Part shown: in pieces, positions 30,615-41,807 of the stretch
Layout of the letters: every line of letters starts with the position of its first letter
Position numbering within the stretch: position 1 is the stretch's first letter
Translations under genes and position numbers: made by a program
DNA from: an uncultured Planctomycetota bacterium
GTDB taxonomy: Bacteria; Planctomycetota; Planctomycetia; Pirellulales; Lacipirellulaceae
Assembly: GCA_963719315.1 (NCBI GenBank)
Contig: CAVRBU010000004.1
Span: 775,944 to 839,943 of the forward strand
Direction of reading: 5' to 3'
Length of the DNA stretch: 64,000 bases
Notes under the pieces: generated by a model
What the model saw: only the letters and a program-made list of their open reading frames with translations
The model's database searches: none
Told to the model about the DNA's origin: nothing

Positions 30615-31355
30615 ATAGTCAGCGGGTTGGACGCCCGCCGTGGGATCGTTCTGCAGTGGGCCCCCATTTCGCCACAGCACATAGTCAGCGGCATCTACGG
30701 CACCATTGGCGTTGTAATCGCCAAGCAGTGGGATCAGCGCTTGAAGCTGACCGTCCAGCGTAAGTCGCACACCGCCACCCTCAAGCCCGATGGGGGCGTA
30801 CTCGGTATCGATCGCGAACTCTCCTTGAATATCGACGAACCCGGTCGGAGAATTCGTCACGTTCACATACGCAAATGCGTAGGTGCCATTGCCCGGCACA
30901 TAGTACGGCCCAGTGGGACCATAAGCGCCGGCGTCGATGAACATGGCGCCGGCTGATTCACCGGCGCCACTCGGCGACGCCAACAATGTTTTCCAAGGAG
31001 AAGCAAAGTAACTGTCGTTGGTGCGCAAATAGCCACCGATGCCGTTCGCAGCATCCGCCTCCGCTTGAAACAGGGCCTTGCCGGCCGTGTAATAGCTGCC
31101 GGCGGCCGTAGGCGTGGCATTCCCGACATTTCCGCTGAAGCTAATTGTATTGCTTCCCAGGAACGACGGGTCGGCGGTGCCGGTTACCTGAAGCCCAAGT
31201 AGGAATTGCGTGCCGCCGTTGGTTGGCGCCGTATTTGGATTGGTTGCCATCACCACCAAATTGGCAGCGGCCGCGGAGCACGTTGACTCGGCAGCCAGAA
31301 CGCCGAACAACGACAGAGGCACGATGAAAAGCATCCAAAGCCAAGCCTTCATCAT
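30453..31355 (-). CDS. Secreted protein with dockerin-like module and an aberrant PEP-CTERM tail
   Basis: Signal peptide; [22 protein letters not shown]...FWRSRFG; IPEPSS followed by an atypical Cys-rich tail. Confidence 0.82.
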   Translation of the reverse strand: MMKAWLWMLFIVPLSLFGVLAAESTCSAAAANLVVMATNPNTAPTNGGTQFLLGLQVTGTADPSFLGSNTISFSGNVGNATPTAAGSYYTAGKALFQAEADAANGIGGYLRTNDSYFASPWKTLLASPSGAGESAGAMFIDAGAYGPTGPYYVPGNGTYAFAYVNVTNSPTGFVDIQGEFAIDTEYAPIGLEGGGVRLTLDGQLQALIPLLGDYNANGAVDAADYVLWRNGGPLQNDPTAGVQPADYDFWRSRFGATSGAGAKVGTSPAAIPEPSSIGLLAIAIWCRCQCGGWHGACGNS

Positions 31356-31724
31356 CCCACATCTCCAGGAGTTGCTTGAGGCACAACGAGAAATGCTGCG
31401 TCGATTCGCAGCCGCTCGATCTGCGTCAATTCCTACGATGAATCAACTAAAATCGCCGTTTACTAGCTCTTGTTTGCTATCGTGCGTTGCTTTACCTGTT
31501 GAATGCACCTCGATGCAGACATCAGCAACTGATAAACCAGAGCGCTTCAAAAAATGATGAGAAGAATGCGTTAAACGCCGTCGCATTCCCACCAGCCAAA
31601 GACAACCGCTTAGCCGATCAATGTATATTGACCGAGACTAGTTTTAATGTAAAGCAAATTGAAATAATTGCGTTCCAATTTTGTGGATATAAATTCCGTT
31701 TTTCCGTCACACTCCGAATGGGGC

Positions 31725-32886
31725 TTAATCCAGGAATTGTTTGCGATACATGGTGGGCGTAGTTCCCTCGACGCTCCTAAAGACTTCGCAAAAGTACTTC
31801 GACTCGTTGAATCCGGCCCGCGATGCAATTTGCGAGATCTTGAGCGTCGTTTCTCGCAGCAGCAATTTCGCGGATTCCAGCCGAACGCGCGTGATTTCGG
31901 TTTTCAGCGAGCGGCCGAAAAATGCCTTGATTCGACGCTCTAGCGAGCTCGGCGAAAGCTTCGTTTGGGCCAACACATCACTTACCCGAATGCCATTGCA
32001 AGCGTTTTCGCGAATGAATCGCAACGCTTTCGCCACCTCAACGTCGTCGATGGCCAGCATGTCGGTTGACTGTCGCCGAACGAGTCCCCGCGGCGAACCG
32101 ACGAGGACGGGCTCGCGGGGCGGCTTTCCCCCGCGCATCAGCCGCATCAGCAATGCGGCCGCCTCGTAACCGACTGTACTGGCGTTGGTGTCGATACTGG
32201 AAAGCGGCGGTGTGCAGAGGTTGCAGAGGTTTGTGTCGTTGTCCACACCCACAATGGCCACTTCGTCGGGCACATTCAACCCCGCCCGCCGGCAAGCATC
32301 GAGAACCTGATGACCGCGGTCGTCGTTCGAGGCCATCACCCCGACCGGCTTGCGCAAATATTTAAGCCAGCGGGCAATCTTTTCTTGTTCCTGCTCCCAG
32401 GAAAATTTGCGCGTGCGGCTGCCGGGCCTGGGGTATACGGCACAACTTTGTCCCCCGTGTTCCGCGAGTTCGACAAAGTAATCACAGCGCTGATCCTGTG
32501 GCGCATTTTCACCGCGCGGACTGCCGCAAAACGCGAAATGCTTCAGCCCACATTGCCGCAAATGCTCATAGCCCAACCGCGCGATCGGGCGATTGTCCAG
32601 GCCGACGAATGGCACCGGAACATTGGTGATCGCACCACGGACGTCAACGACGGGAATACCCGTGGCAAGCACCGCATCGGCCATCCGCTGGCTATTGATA
32701 CGGCAAAGAATTCCGTCTCCTTTCCAATTCTTCAACCATGAAGGAGGCAGCTCATCGAGCCCATGGGGAACAAAATAGATTGACCAGGGTCCATGCTCGT
32801 GGTGGTAGCGAGCAACCCCACGCAGCAAGCCGCGCGTACTCTCGAGAGGTTTCAATCAGGAGAGCAATGTGAGGAATGGATGCCAT
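31725..32886 (-). CDS. XylR-type transcriptional regulator (LacI-type sensor + AraC HTH), frameshift at about 32833
   Basis: True start ATG 32886 reads MASIPHIALLIETSREY. A frame change then gives RGLLRGV...VPDEVAIVGVDND...PPLSSI...GYEAA...RQSTD...LERR...GF....YF..VF. Confidence 0.9.
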
Positions 32887-32943
32887 GTGCGGAAGCTCGG
32901 AAAGCAATTTGAGCTGGATCGGCTGCTTCGATCCGGCAACCGC

Positions 32944-34272
32944 CTACACCAGCTTGGGCACCTCGAATCCGGCGCGGTACTCACGAGAAAGATACTGGTT
33001 TGCCTCGTCGTCGTGGAATCGCTCGATGTTGGGGTCGAAAGTCAATGATCGCCCCAGTCGATACGCGGTATTCCCGAGATGACAATGCACGCACGAGTGA
33101 TACGCATCCAACGTCGTTACGGCCATGTCAGCTTGTTTGCGAGATCGTACGGCTCTGAAAAAATGATCCCACTTATTGCCCAAATTCGGCATGGGCTCTT
33201 TCACGGGAATGGCCTCTCGTTCGCTCATTTTGCCGCCTTTGTAGGTAAAAAACCCTTTGTTGCGGACATAGAAGCCTTCGGTGCCAAAAAAACTATTGCC
33301 GCAGTTTCCGCCGTCAGCCTCTTCGAACGAACCCAGGTTACGCACTTCGAAGGTCAGAATTGAGTCGTCGGGGTAGGTGAAAGTTGTGGCCTGCGTATTC
33401 GGAGTCTGGGCGTCATCGTTCCAGCCAAACCGCCCGCCAGCGCTGAAGACCTTGACCGGCAAGCCGCGGTTATGACCCCAGACCGCGATATCCATTTCAT
33501 GCACACCTTGATTGCCGATTTCGCCGTTGCCATATTCCCAAAACCAATGCCAATCATAATGGACGTATAGCCCCGGCTTCTCTCGATCCACATTGACCAG
33601 AAATTCGTGGTCGCGCGAGGGCCCCTGCCACAATTTCCAGTCCAAGTTCTTGGGGACAGGCCCCGGTTTTCCATGGCCGATCGCGCTCCGGTTGCCATTC
33701 TTGTACACGTAACCGCGCGACTCGACGATTTTTCCGATAAAGCCATCGTGAATCAACTTCATATCGCGGATGAGTGCCGCGTTCGATCGGTTCTGCGTGC
33801 CGTGATGAACAATCTTTCCGTATTTTTGGGCGGCGGCCACGAGTTGCCGGCCTTCGTAAATGTTGTGGCACAGCGGCTTCTCCACGTACACGTCTTTCCC
33901 AGCCTGACAGGCCCATATCGCCGCCAGAGAATGCCAATGGTTTGGGGTAGCGATGGTTACCGCGTCGATGCTCTTATCGGCGAGCGCCTCGCGAATATCT
34001 CGATATAGCTTGGGCCTCTTGCCTTGGGCACTCTCGACCACTTTCGCGCCACGCTCCAATACCTCCGAATCCACATCGCAGAGAGCGACGAATTCTGCTT
34101 CATCCTTCATTTTAAGGATGTCTTTGATGTGCGTGCCGCCCTGGCCGTTGAAACCGATGGTACAGACGCCAATGCGGCTATTCGCATCGCGCGGGGCGGC
34201 AAAACTGGCGTTTCGTGCGGCAACAACGGTAGCGGCACTGGCCGCCAGAAAGGATCGTCTTGTGAGAGCCAT
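32944..34272 (-). CDS. Gfo/Idh/MocA oxidoreductase, Tat-exported
   Basis: TRRSFL; IGFNGQG; ATPNHWH; VEKP; GNQGVHEMD. Confidence 0.95.
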   Translation of the reverse strand: MALTRRSFLAASAATVVAARNASFAAPRDANSRIGVCTIGFNGQGGTHIKDILKMKDEAEFVALCDVDSEVLERGAKVVESAQGKRPKLYRDIREALADKSIDAVTIATPNHWHSLAAIWACQAGKDVYVEKPLCHNIYEGRQLVAAAQKYGKIVHHGTQNRSNAALIRDMKLIHDGFIGKIVESRGYVYKNGNRSAIGHGKPGPVPKNLDWKLWQGPSRDHEFLVNVDREKPGLYVHYDWHWFWEYGNGEIGNQGVHEMDIAVWGHNRGLPVKVFSAGGRFGWNDDAQTPNTQATTFTYPDDSILTFEVRNLGSFEEADGGNCGNSFFGTEGFYVRNKGFFTYKGGKMSEREAIPVKEPMPNLGNKWDHFFRAVRSRKQADMAVTTLDAYHSCVHCHLGNTAYRLGRSLTFDPNIERFHDDEANQYLSREYRAGFEVPKLV

Positions 34273-34525
34273 AAACCTGGATATCCTCTATAATTCGAGA
34301 GTTGTGTTGGTTATTGTTATTCTGAGTGAAAGGAAGAATCAACGTCGGCCTGATGGAGAGCGATTAGTTGCGGTGGCCGTTTGAGGATGACAGAGCACGT
34401 CAAACGCGCCACAATTCTATCCGGGTGAGCATGGCCCGCAATACTATGGGGAGTTACCTTGAACGTCGAGGTTTCCCCTCTTATGGATTATCTACTCCAC
34501 ATCAATTCAAAGCGAGAAAATAGGT

Positions 34526-35713
34526 ATGAATCGCAAATCCGCAGGTCTTATTGGCTGCTTCGTTACGTTGATTCTACTCCTAAGTGGCATTGCACGTGCT
34601 GAAGTCGTCGCCCGTTGTGGCCAAGGGTATCTTGAAACAATCGACGGCTATCGAGTACTGCACTTAAAAGGGACTCCCTACGAGATGGGCTATCAGCAGG
34701 GCACGCTCCTCAACAAGGAGTGCAAGTCGCTGCTCGAATATCTATTCCATGGGGAACTCAAGGAAACGAAGATCGAGTATCTGGGCGTCAAGGTGCCGAT
34801 CCAGCAGGCCATTGCCGCGATTTTTGCGGTCCAGCGACCCAATATCCCGGAGCGCTACATTGAGGAAATGCAGGGACTTGCCGATGCGTTGCACATGGAT
34901 GCCCAAACGGTGTTCGTCGCGAATTCGATCCCGGAGTTCTTCCACTGCAGCGGTTTCGCACTCCTCGCGGAGATCACGCAGCCGGGAACATTGTTGCACG
35001 GCCGCGTGTTGGATTACGGCGTCGACTGGAAATTACAGGACCACGCGGTGTTGGTCGTTGCCCAGCCGGACGGCCGGATCCCATTTGTGAACGTCACATT
35101 TGCCGGCTTTATCGGTTCTGTTTCTGGAATGAACAACCAGCAAGTCTCGATCGGTGAGATGGGCGGCGGCGGCCAAGGGAAGTGGGCCGGATCGCCGATG
35201 GCGTTCCTCGTTCGCCGGGTCCTCGAAGAAGCCAATTCGCTCGATGAGGCCATTCAGATATTCGAAACCAGCAAACGTACATGCGAGTATTACTACGTTG
35301 TTGCCGATGCGAAAAGCAATTCTGCCGTGGGGCTCGACGGCAGTGCCGACCGCTTTGCCGTGGTTCGCCCCGGCGAGTCTCATCCGAAGTTGCCGACTCC
35401 GGTTCCACACACCGTGCTGCTGTCGCAAGGTGATCGCTACAAAAACCTTTGCCGCATTACTCAAGGAATTCTGGGCGAGCACGAGAAGTTTTCGGTCGAG
35501 CGGGCCATTCATTTGATGGACGCCCCGGTCGCGATGAAATCGAATTTGCACAACGTGCTGTTCGCGCCCGGCTTGGGAAAACTGTGGGTCGCCAACGCGT
35601 CCAGCGATAAAAAGCCGGCCTGGACGCAGAAATACTACGAATTCGATTTCCGGGCACTACTCGATCAACCGTTTCCGGCAACTGGAACGGACTATCCCCT
35701 TCTTAGCCACTGA
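34526..35713 (+). CDS. C45-family autoproteolytic Ntn hydrolase/acyltransferase, secreted
   Basis: Signal peptide; LHLKGTPYEMGYQQG; FHCSGF (nucleophile Cys); LHGRVLDY; GFIGSVSGMN. Confidence 0.85.
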   Translation: MNRKSAGLIGCFVTLILLLSGIARAEVVARCGQGYLETIDGYRVLHLKGTPYEMGYQQGTLLNKECKSLLEYLFHGELKETKIEYLGVKVPIQQAIAAIFAVQRPNIPERYIEEMQGLADALHMDAQTVFVANSIPEFFHCSGFALLAEITQPGTLLHGRVLDYGVDWKLQDHAVLVVAQPDGRIPFVNVTFAGFIGSVSGMNNQQVSIGEMGGGGQGKWAGSPMAFLVRRVLEEANSLDEAIQIFETSKRTCEYYYVVADAKSNSAVGLDGSADRFAVVRPGESHPKLPTPVPHTVLLSQGDRYKNLCRITQGILGEHEKFSVERAIHLMDAPVAMKSNLHNVLFAPGLGKLWVANASSDKKPAWTQKYYEFDFRALLDQPFPATGTDYPLLSH

Positions 35714-35746
35714 GATCCCACAATCTTCGACGCCGGAATAAACGCA

Positions 35747-37129
35747 ATGAAAACACTTCGCTGGTCTCTTACACTATTCGTTGCATTGTTGGCTTCCGGG
35801 GAAGCGACTGCGGATGCGAACTCCGCATCCGAAAAGGACCGCCAGCAGCTTGCGTTTCCCGGCGCCGAGGGCTTCGGCCGCTTTGCACAAGGCGGTCGCG
35901 GCGGCGATGTTTACCATGTCACGAATCTCGATGACAAGGGTCCCGGATCCCTTCGCGACGCGGTCGTCACGGCGATGGGGCCTCGGACCATCGTATTTGA
36001 CGTATCTGGAACGATCCGGTTGAAGACGCGGCTGGAAATCAATAACTCATACCTCACCATCGCCGGCCAGACCGCGCCGGGCGAGGGAATCACGCTCAGA
36101 GAGAACACTTTCTACATCAAGAACGCCAACCATATCATCGTGCGCTACATCCGCATTCGGCTGGGTGACCAAAACGACAGGCAGAAGGCAATGGACGCGA
36201 TCACGACCGACGACGTCGACCATTTGATCTTCGATCATATCACAGCCTCCTGGGGCATCGATGGTAATCACGACTTGCGGCGCGGTGCGAATTTTACGCT
36301 GCAATGGTCGATCTACGCCGAAGCTCTCAACAAAAGCATCCACCAGAAGGGCGAACATGCAATGTTGTCCTCGTTCCGCGATCTGACCGGCAGCATCTCG
36401 CTACACCACAACCTGTTCGCCAGCAGCCGTGATCGCCATCCGTCTCTCGGCAGCAGCTCGAAGACGAAGCCCGACGCGGTGGTCGATTTCCGCAATAACG
36501 TCATCTTCAACGTGACAGGGACCACGAATGTCGGCAACTGCCACATCAATTTCATTAATAATTTCTATCGTCCCGGAATGGACACTCCTGAGAACCATCT
36601 TCCTATTGCGGCGAAATCCGGAAAGAACGGTGGAACGCTCCAGCTGTTTATGAGCGGCAACTTTTTTGAAGATCAACAAACGTTTACGGCGAACAATTAC
36701 GCCGCGATCGACTTCGAACGCTGGAGTAAGGGAGGATACGCACGTACAACACTCGATGAGATCCGGGTCAATAGAGAGTTTGAGATCGGCGACGCCCGTC
36801 CTCGCACGGATACGGCTCAGACCGCGTTCGAGAAAGTATTGAAGTCGGCTGGGGCTTCGCTTCGCCGTGATGCGGCTGACGCGCGCGTCGTACAAGGCGT
36901 TCGAGACAAGACCAATCGCCTGATCAATTCGCAGGAAGAAGTGGGAAGCTGGCCCCAATTGCACAGCGTGCCACCGCCCAGTGACCGGGATGGTGATGGG
37001 ATGCCAGACAAATGGGAAATGCGGCGTGGTCTTAACCCCGACGATTCGGCCGATGGCAACCGCGACCGTGATCAGGACGGATACACAAATCTTGAGGAAT
37101 ATTTGAATTCGCTCGTCCCCGTGCAGTAG
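35747..37129 (+). CDS. PL1-like pectate lyase
   Basis: AFPGAEGFG..GGRGG; IAGQTAPGEGI; DHITASWGIDGNHD; RDRHPS; DGDGMPDKWE...YTNLEEYLN. Confidence 0.9.
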   Translation: MKTLRWSLTLFVALLASGEATADANSASEKDRQQLAFPGAEGFGRFAQGGRGGDVYHVTNLDDKGPGSLRDAVVTAMGPRTIVFDVSGTIRLKTRLEINNSYLTIAGQTAPGEGITLRENTFYIKNANHIIVRYIRIRLGDQNDRQKAMDAITTDDVDHLIFDHITASWGIDGNHDLRRGANFTLQWSIYAEALNKSIHQKGEHAMLSSFRDLTGSISLHHNLFASSRDRHPSLGSSSKTKPDAVVDFRNNVIFNVTGTTNVGNCHINFINNFYRPGMDTPENHLPIAAKSGKNGGTLQLFMSGNFFEDQQTFTANNYAAIDFERWSKGGYARTTLDEIRVNREFEIGDARPRTDTAQTAFEKVLKSAGASLRRDAADARVVQGVRDKTNRLINSQEEVGSWPQLHSVPPPSDRDGDGMPDKWEMRRGLNPDDSADGNRDRDQDGYTNLEEYLNSLVPVQ

Positions 37130-37249
37130 CAGCTTTAGCGCCATCTTTTCGTGAGTTGCCAGGATTTACTCCGGTAACTGACGAAGCATTCCCCGCGTCT
37201 TCGCAGGAAAAGATCATCTGCCGCCCCGGGCTGGTATTACGAAGAGACT

Positions 37250-38659
37250 CTACTTTGAAGATTTCGGCTTCGTGAGATCGTTCAAGTATTCCTCGAGATT
37301 GGTATAACCATCGCCATCTCGATCTGCATTTCGGTCTTCAGAATTAGCAGGATTCAGACCTTTTGCCGTCTCCCAGTCGTCAGGCATCCCATCGCGGTCA
37401 GAGTCAGTTGGCGCGGCTCCCATCGGGAGCTGCGGCCAACCGCCAACTTGTTTCTGCGAATCAATCAATCTTCCCGTCCCATGGCGAATATCGCGGATGA
37501 TTCGTTGGTCAACAGTGTCGCGGGGCATTGAAGCTCCAGCCCCGTTTAAGACCTGCTCATAAGCATTTTTTGCCGCAAACGTTTGCGGGGTGTCTTCACC
37601 AAGATCGCGAGGCTGCGGCAATCTCCAGTCCGCTAATTTGCCTTGGTATTGGTACTTGGAGCCCGGGTAAAGCCACCGATGGAAATCGAGGGCTGCATAA
37701 TTGTCGTTCGTCCACTGCAAGTTGCCCTCAAACAAATTACCGCTCATGAAACCTTCTGCTGCGTGTGGCTGGCGACCTTTCATCGCAATTGGTTTGCGAG
37801 TCAAATCCGTTTCCGGTCCAGGTTTGAAATAGTTATTTACGGCGTAGATTTCATCGTCGCCGAAATTGGCTGTGCCGGTCCAGTTGTAGATCAGATTGTT
37901 TCGGAAGTCGAGAACGGAGTGACCTTCAACGGTCGCTCCCAAGGTCGGATGACGATCTCGGCCGGTTGCGTAAATGTTATGGTGAAGCGACAGCGGACCT
38001 CGCAAATTCATGTAAGAAGAACAAATTGCGTGTGCCCCTTTACGTTGGGTGCTGTGATTGAGCGGCTCGGCGGAAATGCACCATTGGATGGTCACGTTCT
38101 TCGTGTAATCCGAATCGTGATTGTTGTCGATTCCCCAGCTTATCGACAGGTGGTCAAAGACTGAATTCTCAACCGTATCGGTTTGAAATGCGTCGGCGTC
38201 GTCACCGGGCTGAGCCGTCAGATCGCCGATGCGAACGCGAAGGAACCGGACGACGACATCCTGGCAGTTTCTAACTGTGAACGTCGCATTGCCAATAGTG
38301 ATTCCCCCGGCAACAGCCGTCTGGCCGGCTATTGTCAGCCGGGATTTGTCGACCACTAGCGGACTCTGCAACATGATCGTGCCCGAAAGATCAAACACAA
38401 TGGTCCGAGGCCCAGTGGCAGAGTGAATGCCGTGCCTGAGTGACCCCGGCCCATCGTCTTGAAGATTGGATACATGATAAACATCGCCGCCGCGGCCGCC
38501 TTGCGCAAAGCGTCCAAAGCCCTCTGCGCCGGGAAATGCAACCTGCGGCTTCTGTACGGTCGATAACGCGGTGTCAGAGGCGGCTATCGTTGGCGAAATA
38601 ACAACCGCAATGATGGCAATGGAGCGAGTAAGATGCGACATTGGTAAAAGATGAGGCAT
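37250..38659 (-). CDS. PL1-like pectate lyase (start 38659 or 38641)
   Basis: AFPGAEGFGRFAQGGRGG; DHLSISWGIDNNHD; RDRHPT; DRDGMPDDWE...YTNLEEYLN. Close paralog of 35747-37129. Confidence 0.9.
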   Translation of the reverse strand: MPHLLPMSHLTRSIAIIAVVISPTIAASDTALSTVQKPQVAFPGAEGFGRFAQGGRGGDVYHVSNLQDDGPGSLRHGIHSATGPRTIVFDLSGTIMLQSPLVVDKSRLTIAGQTAVAGGITIGNATFTVRNCQDVVVRFLRVRIGDLTAQPGDDADAFQTDTVENSVFDHLSISWGIDNNHDSDYTKNVTIQWCISAEPLNHSTQRKGAHAICSSYMNLRGPLSLHHNIYATGRDRHPTLGATVEGHSVLDFRNNLIYNWTGTANFGDDEIYAVNNYFKPGPETDLTRKPIAMKGRQPHAAEGFMSGNLFEGNLQWTNDNYAALDFHRWLYPGSKYQYQGKLADWRLPQPRDLGEDTPQTFAAKNAYEQVLNGAGASMPRDTVDQRIIRDIRHGTGRLIDSQKQVGGWPQLPMGAAPTDSDRDGMPDDWETAKGLNPANSEDRNADRDGDGYTNLEEYLNDLTKPKSSK

Positions 38660-38849
38660 TGAAGTGGATGGATTCCGTGTGATCCTGACTCTTGAAGTCA
38701 ACGTGTTAAAGGGTGTATCGAGCGATGAAAACAAAGGTTGTTTGTGTCGGCACCATAACTCGCCGCTTAGGCGTATTTCTGAAATGGTTTTCGATCGCAG
38801 CGGCGCTGCGGCCTGCAATAGATGGCCATTTGGACGCATCGGAAAACAA

Positions 38850-39024
38850 AAACCAGCCAATAATATCATCATAATAGCCGACGACCTCGGTTATGGCGAC
38901 TTGGCATGTTTCGGATATACGAAATTCAAACCGCTAAATCTTGACCGAATGGCCGCCGAGGGCGCGCCTGTCGCAGTTCAATACGCTGGCCCTTCTGCCC
39001 GCCGACACGCGCTTCACGGATGAC
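38850..39024 (+). pseudogene. Degenerate 5' fragment of a sulfatase gene
   Basis: KPANNIIIIADDLGYGDLACFGY.KFK.LNLDRMAAEGA, then frameshifted. DNA is colinear with about 42009-42190 of the intact sulfatase. Confidence 0.85.
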
Positions 39025-39030
39025 AGCTCC

Positions 39031-39129
39031 TTAGCCGTTTCGCTGTGGAATGACGGCGATACCGGTTGTTCTTGCGGCAACCACGGCGGCGGCACTGGCG
39101 ACCAGAAAAGATCGTCGACTCAGTTTCAT
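39031..39129 (-). pseudogene. Tat-signal-only relic of a Gfo/Idh/MocA gene (32 aa)
   Basis: MKLSRRSFLVASAAAVVAARTTGIAVIPQRNG* vs MALTRRSFLAASAATVVAARNASFAA at 34272. The DNA matches closely (GACGATC.TTTCTGG..GCCAGTGCCGC..CCGT.GTTGCCGCA). Confidence 0.8.
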
Positions 39130-39530
39130 CGCAGTACATTAACTCTCAAGCGTAATTCCGAATTTGCCACAAGACGGGGAAACGATACCGCTCGTAGTGC
39201 CAGGGGAACGTATAATCGAAACTGGAAACGTCGACGAATTCATTTCCACTCAACGTCTCCTGCGTCAGATTGGATCCGCCAATTAAACGGACGCGACGAC
39301 CATTACCCGTCTGTCCAAAGTAGCGCATCTTGCTCTGGTTCAATGGCGATACGTCCGACGCTTGGGAGAACTCAAAGCATTGCTAATGGGGAGCAATTCT
39401 CAAATTCGCTCGTAAACACGAGTGTTCGAAATCAACTGCCCCATGCCGACTTATGCAGGATTATCTCAATCGACTCAACGAACTTGGACTTCGCAGAATA
39501 GTTTGCAAATCAGACAACAAGGCCGCACGA

Positions 39531-41797
39531 ATGAAAAAGTTACGGTTCGTCGTTTTGTCGGTCGTTTCCCTTCTGGTTTTGATCGACAGTTCTTGGGGAA
39601 TATGCCGAGCTGCCTCGACGACATCCCAAAATGCGTTTCTTGCTTTGCCTGGGCAACGCATCTTCCTGAAAGGGGATAGTATCACGAAAGGATTCGCCTT
39701 TGGAAATTATGTAAATCCTTCGCCTCTGCGGACCATTTATGGAATTGCGAACATCTTGCTCAAAGACAATGTGAAGCATCCCCCGCGAATGAGTCACCTT
39801 TCCTGGATCTGGCAAGGCCTGAACCCGGATGGCTCTCCGAAGACCGTAGACTCGCTGGCGGGCGAAATTCAGGTGAACATTCGCGACGGCGAACTACGCC
39901 CGGGCGATTGGATGGTTTACGAGGATGCGGGCGGACTGGACAACTTCGTCCATCCGGCGCCGAATCCGAATTCCAAAGACATGTACCGCCGCTATCGAGA
40001 AGCTCTTCGCGAGATGGTGCTGGAAGCACAAGGGACGATTGGACGGGACCACATCCGCTTCATGACGATGTTCGATTATCAACCCAAGGTTCCTTGGAGC
40101 GCGTGGGATGCACCACTGGATGACGGCGCGCATACGGGCAATGACGCGATCCGGGACGAGGCGGCAGCCTTAGGCGTGCGCGTCATTGACATGAATCGCA
40201 TCATGGATCGCACAGAGGAATACATCGAGGCTGAACAATGGGGCAGATTGGTTGGCTCCGACGGTATTCATCCCAATGTTTACGGCAATTTCGTCATGGC
40301 TCTGGCCGTCCTTCAGAGTTTGGAATTCGATATTGAGCATTGCAAACTTGATGGCCTTTATGCGCACCTTCGCCATCCGAAGATGGGTGGCGATGCGGAA
40401 ACGATTTGGGGTTTCGCCCGGAATCCGAATGATGTCGAACGCATAAATATTCTGGAGAAGCTGCGAACGATCGTCGTTCAAGAGACGAGTCGGGCCCCAG
40501 CCGGTTCTGCCGAAACGGAAGAAACAACGGAGCGCTCTCCAAAGTTCTATCCGACCGCTCACACGTTTCGCCGACTACGGCTCCACGGTCGAATTCTGGA
40601 TCACCCCGCCACTCAGCCCGCAGGCACAGATAAGCCTGTCAGCTACGAGATCGGAAAGTTTTTTCAGTTGGATAAGGAGACCGCACTCCTCGTGACGAGT
40701 ATGCGCGAACAAGGTGGTCATGATTTCGAAATCGGCAATGACGCATTTATTTTCAAGAACCTATCGGATATCGCTCCAGCAAGCGCCATTCCGATCAACC
40801 GACTTGACTCCAATTATGTTACGCGCGCGGGAAAGAATGCCACGCTCGCCAAGTATGCCGTGAACGGCATCATAGTCCCATTGGGCGCCAAGCTGAAGGA
40901 CGGTGCGCCCATCCCGCAGCGGGCACGGGATTTCTGTTTTCAACAGCCCTATCGTTCTCGCCGGACCGATCCGAAGTAACGCCCAATGCCGACCAATTCC
41001 TCGAGTTTTACCGAGTGCGGTGGGACCGCAAAGAGCTCATGGTAGAAAAGCATGATTTACCGGAACCTTTCGCCGCGAAACTAATCAACGTCGGGTTCAA
41101 CTGCATGCTCAAGGACGAAGCCGTGCTATGTCCGGTCGTCTCTGACGAGGGAATCGAGGTGCTGCTCATGGAATACAAGGAAGGACACTGGCAACCGACT
41201 TCCACGGGAGGAAATTTCGCGACCGTTAAGAAAACAGGGAAAATAGGCTTGGACAAAGTCGGGGCGGGTAGCAAGCAAAAAGTCATCGTCCGTGGAGAGA
41301 TCGAGCCATCCATGGTACGGTTGCCAGATGGTTACCTGGTTCACACGCGCGGCCCAGACACCGATCCCACGGGCCGATTTTATTGGTCGCAGGACGGGCT
41401 TCATTACTACCTGAAGTTCGACCACTGGAATCACACGGTGCCTCAAGTACTGAACCAGGGTTTGGACGGCAGTCTTTATCTGACCACCAACACCGGACCT
41501 GGCATGTTAAGAAACCCGCTCTATGCGTTCGCGCTGCGGGGTCTGGAATTGGTCAATCCCATCGTCCTCCATGACGAAAAGCACATCCGCGACAGCAGAG
41601 GCAAGGAAGTGCCCTTCTGCGATCATGCCATGGGGGCGAATATTTTTCTGAACAATCGCTGGCGTCACTTGATCACATACCGCGTGCTGGACCTGCGGGA
41701 AACGAATGGGGAAGGCGCGCCGCCTGCACCTCAAACCGGGCTTTATTTGGCAGAGTTCGATTATGATACCGTCATGTGTACACCGTTCGAATTCTAA
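39531..41797 (+). CDS. Secreted SGNH/GDSL hydrolase fused to a probable beta-propeller domain (1-nt frameshift at about 40909)
   Basis: Signal peptide; GDSIT and DGIHPN. Adding one base at GCGCCC/ATC gives DGAPHPAAGTGFLFS..., which reads through into the 41015-41797 ORF. Confidence 0.78.
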
Positions 41798-41807
41798 GAA
41801 AGTGACC

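Noticed and set aside
34440..39470. Shared operator (ATGGGGAG and GGATTATCT) in the two divergent intergenic regions
   Set aside because: The matches are short and have different spacing (about 39 vs 72 bp); not distinguishable from chance.
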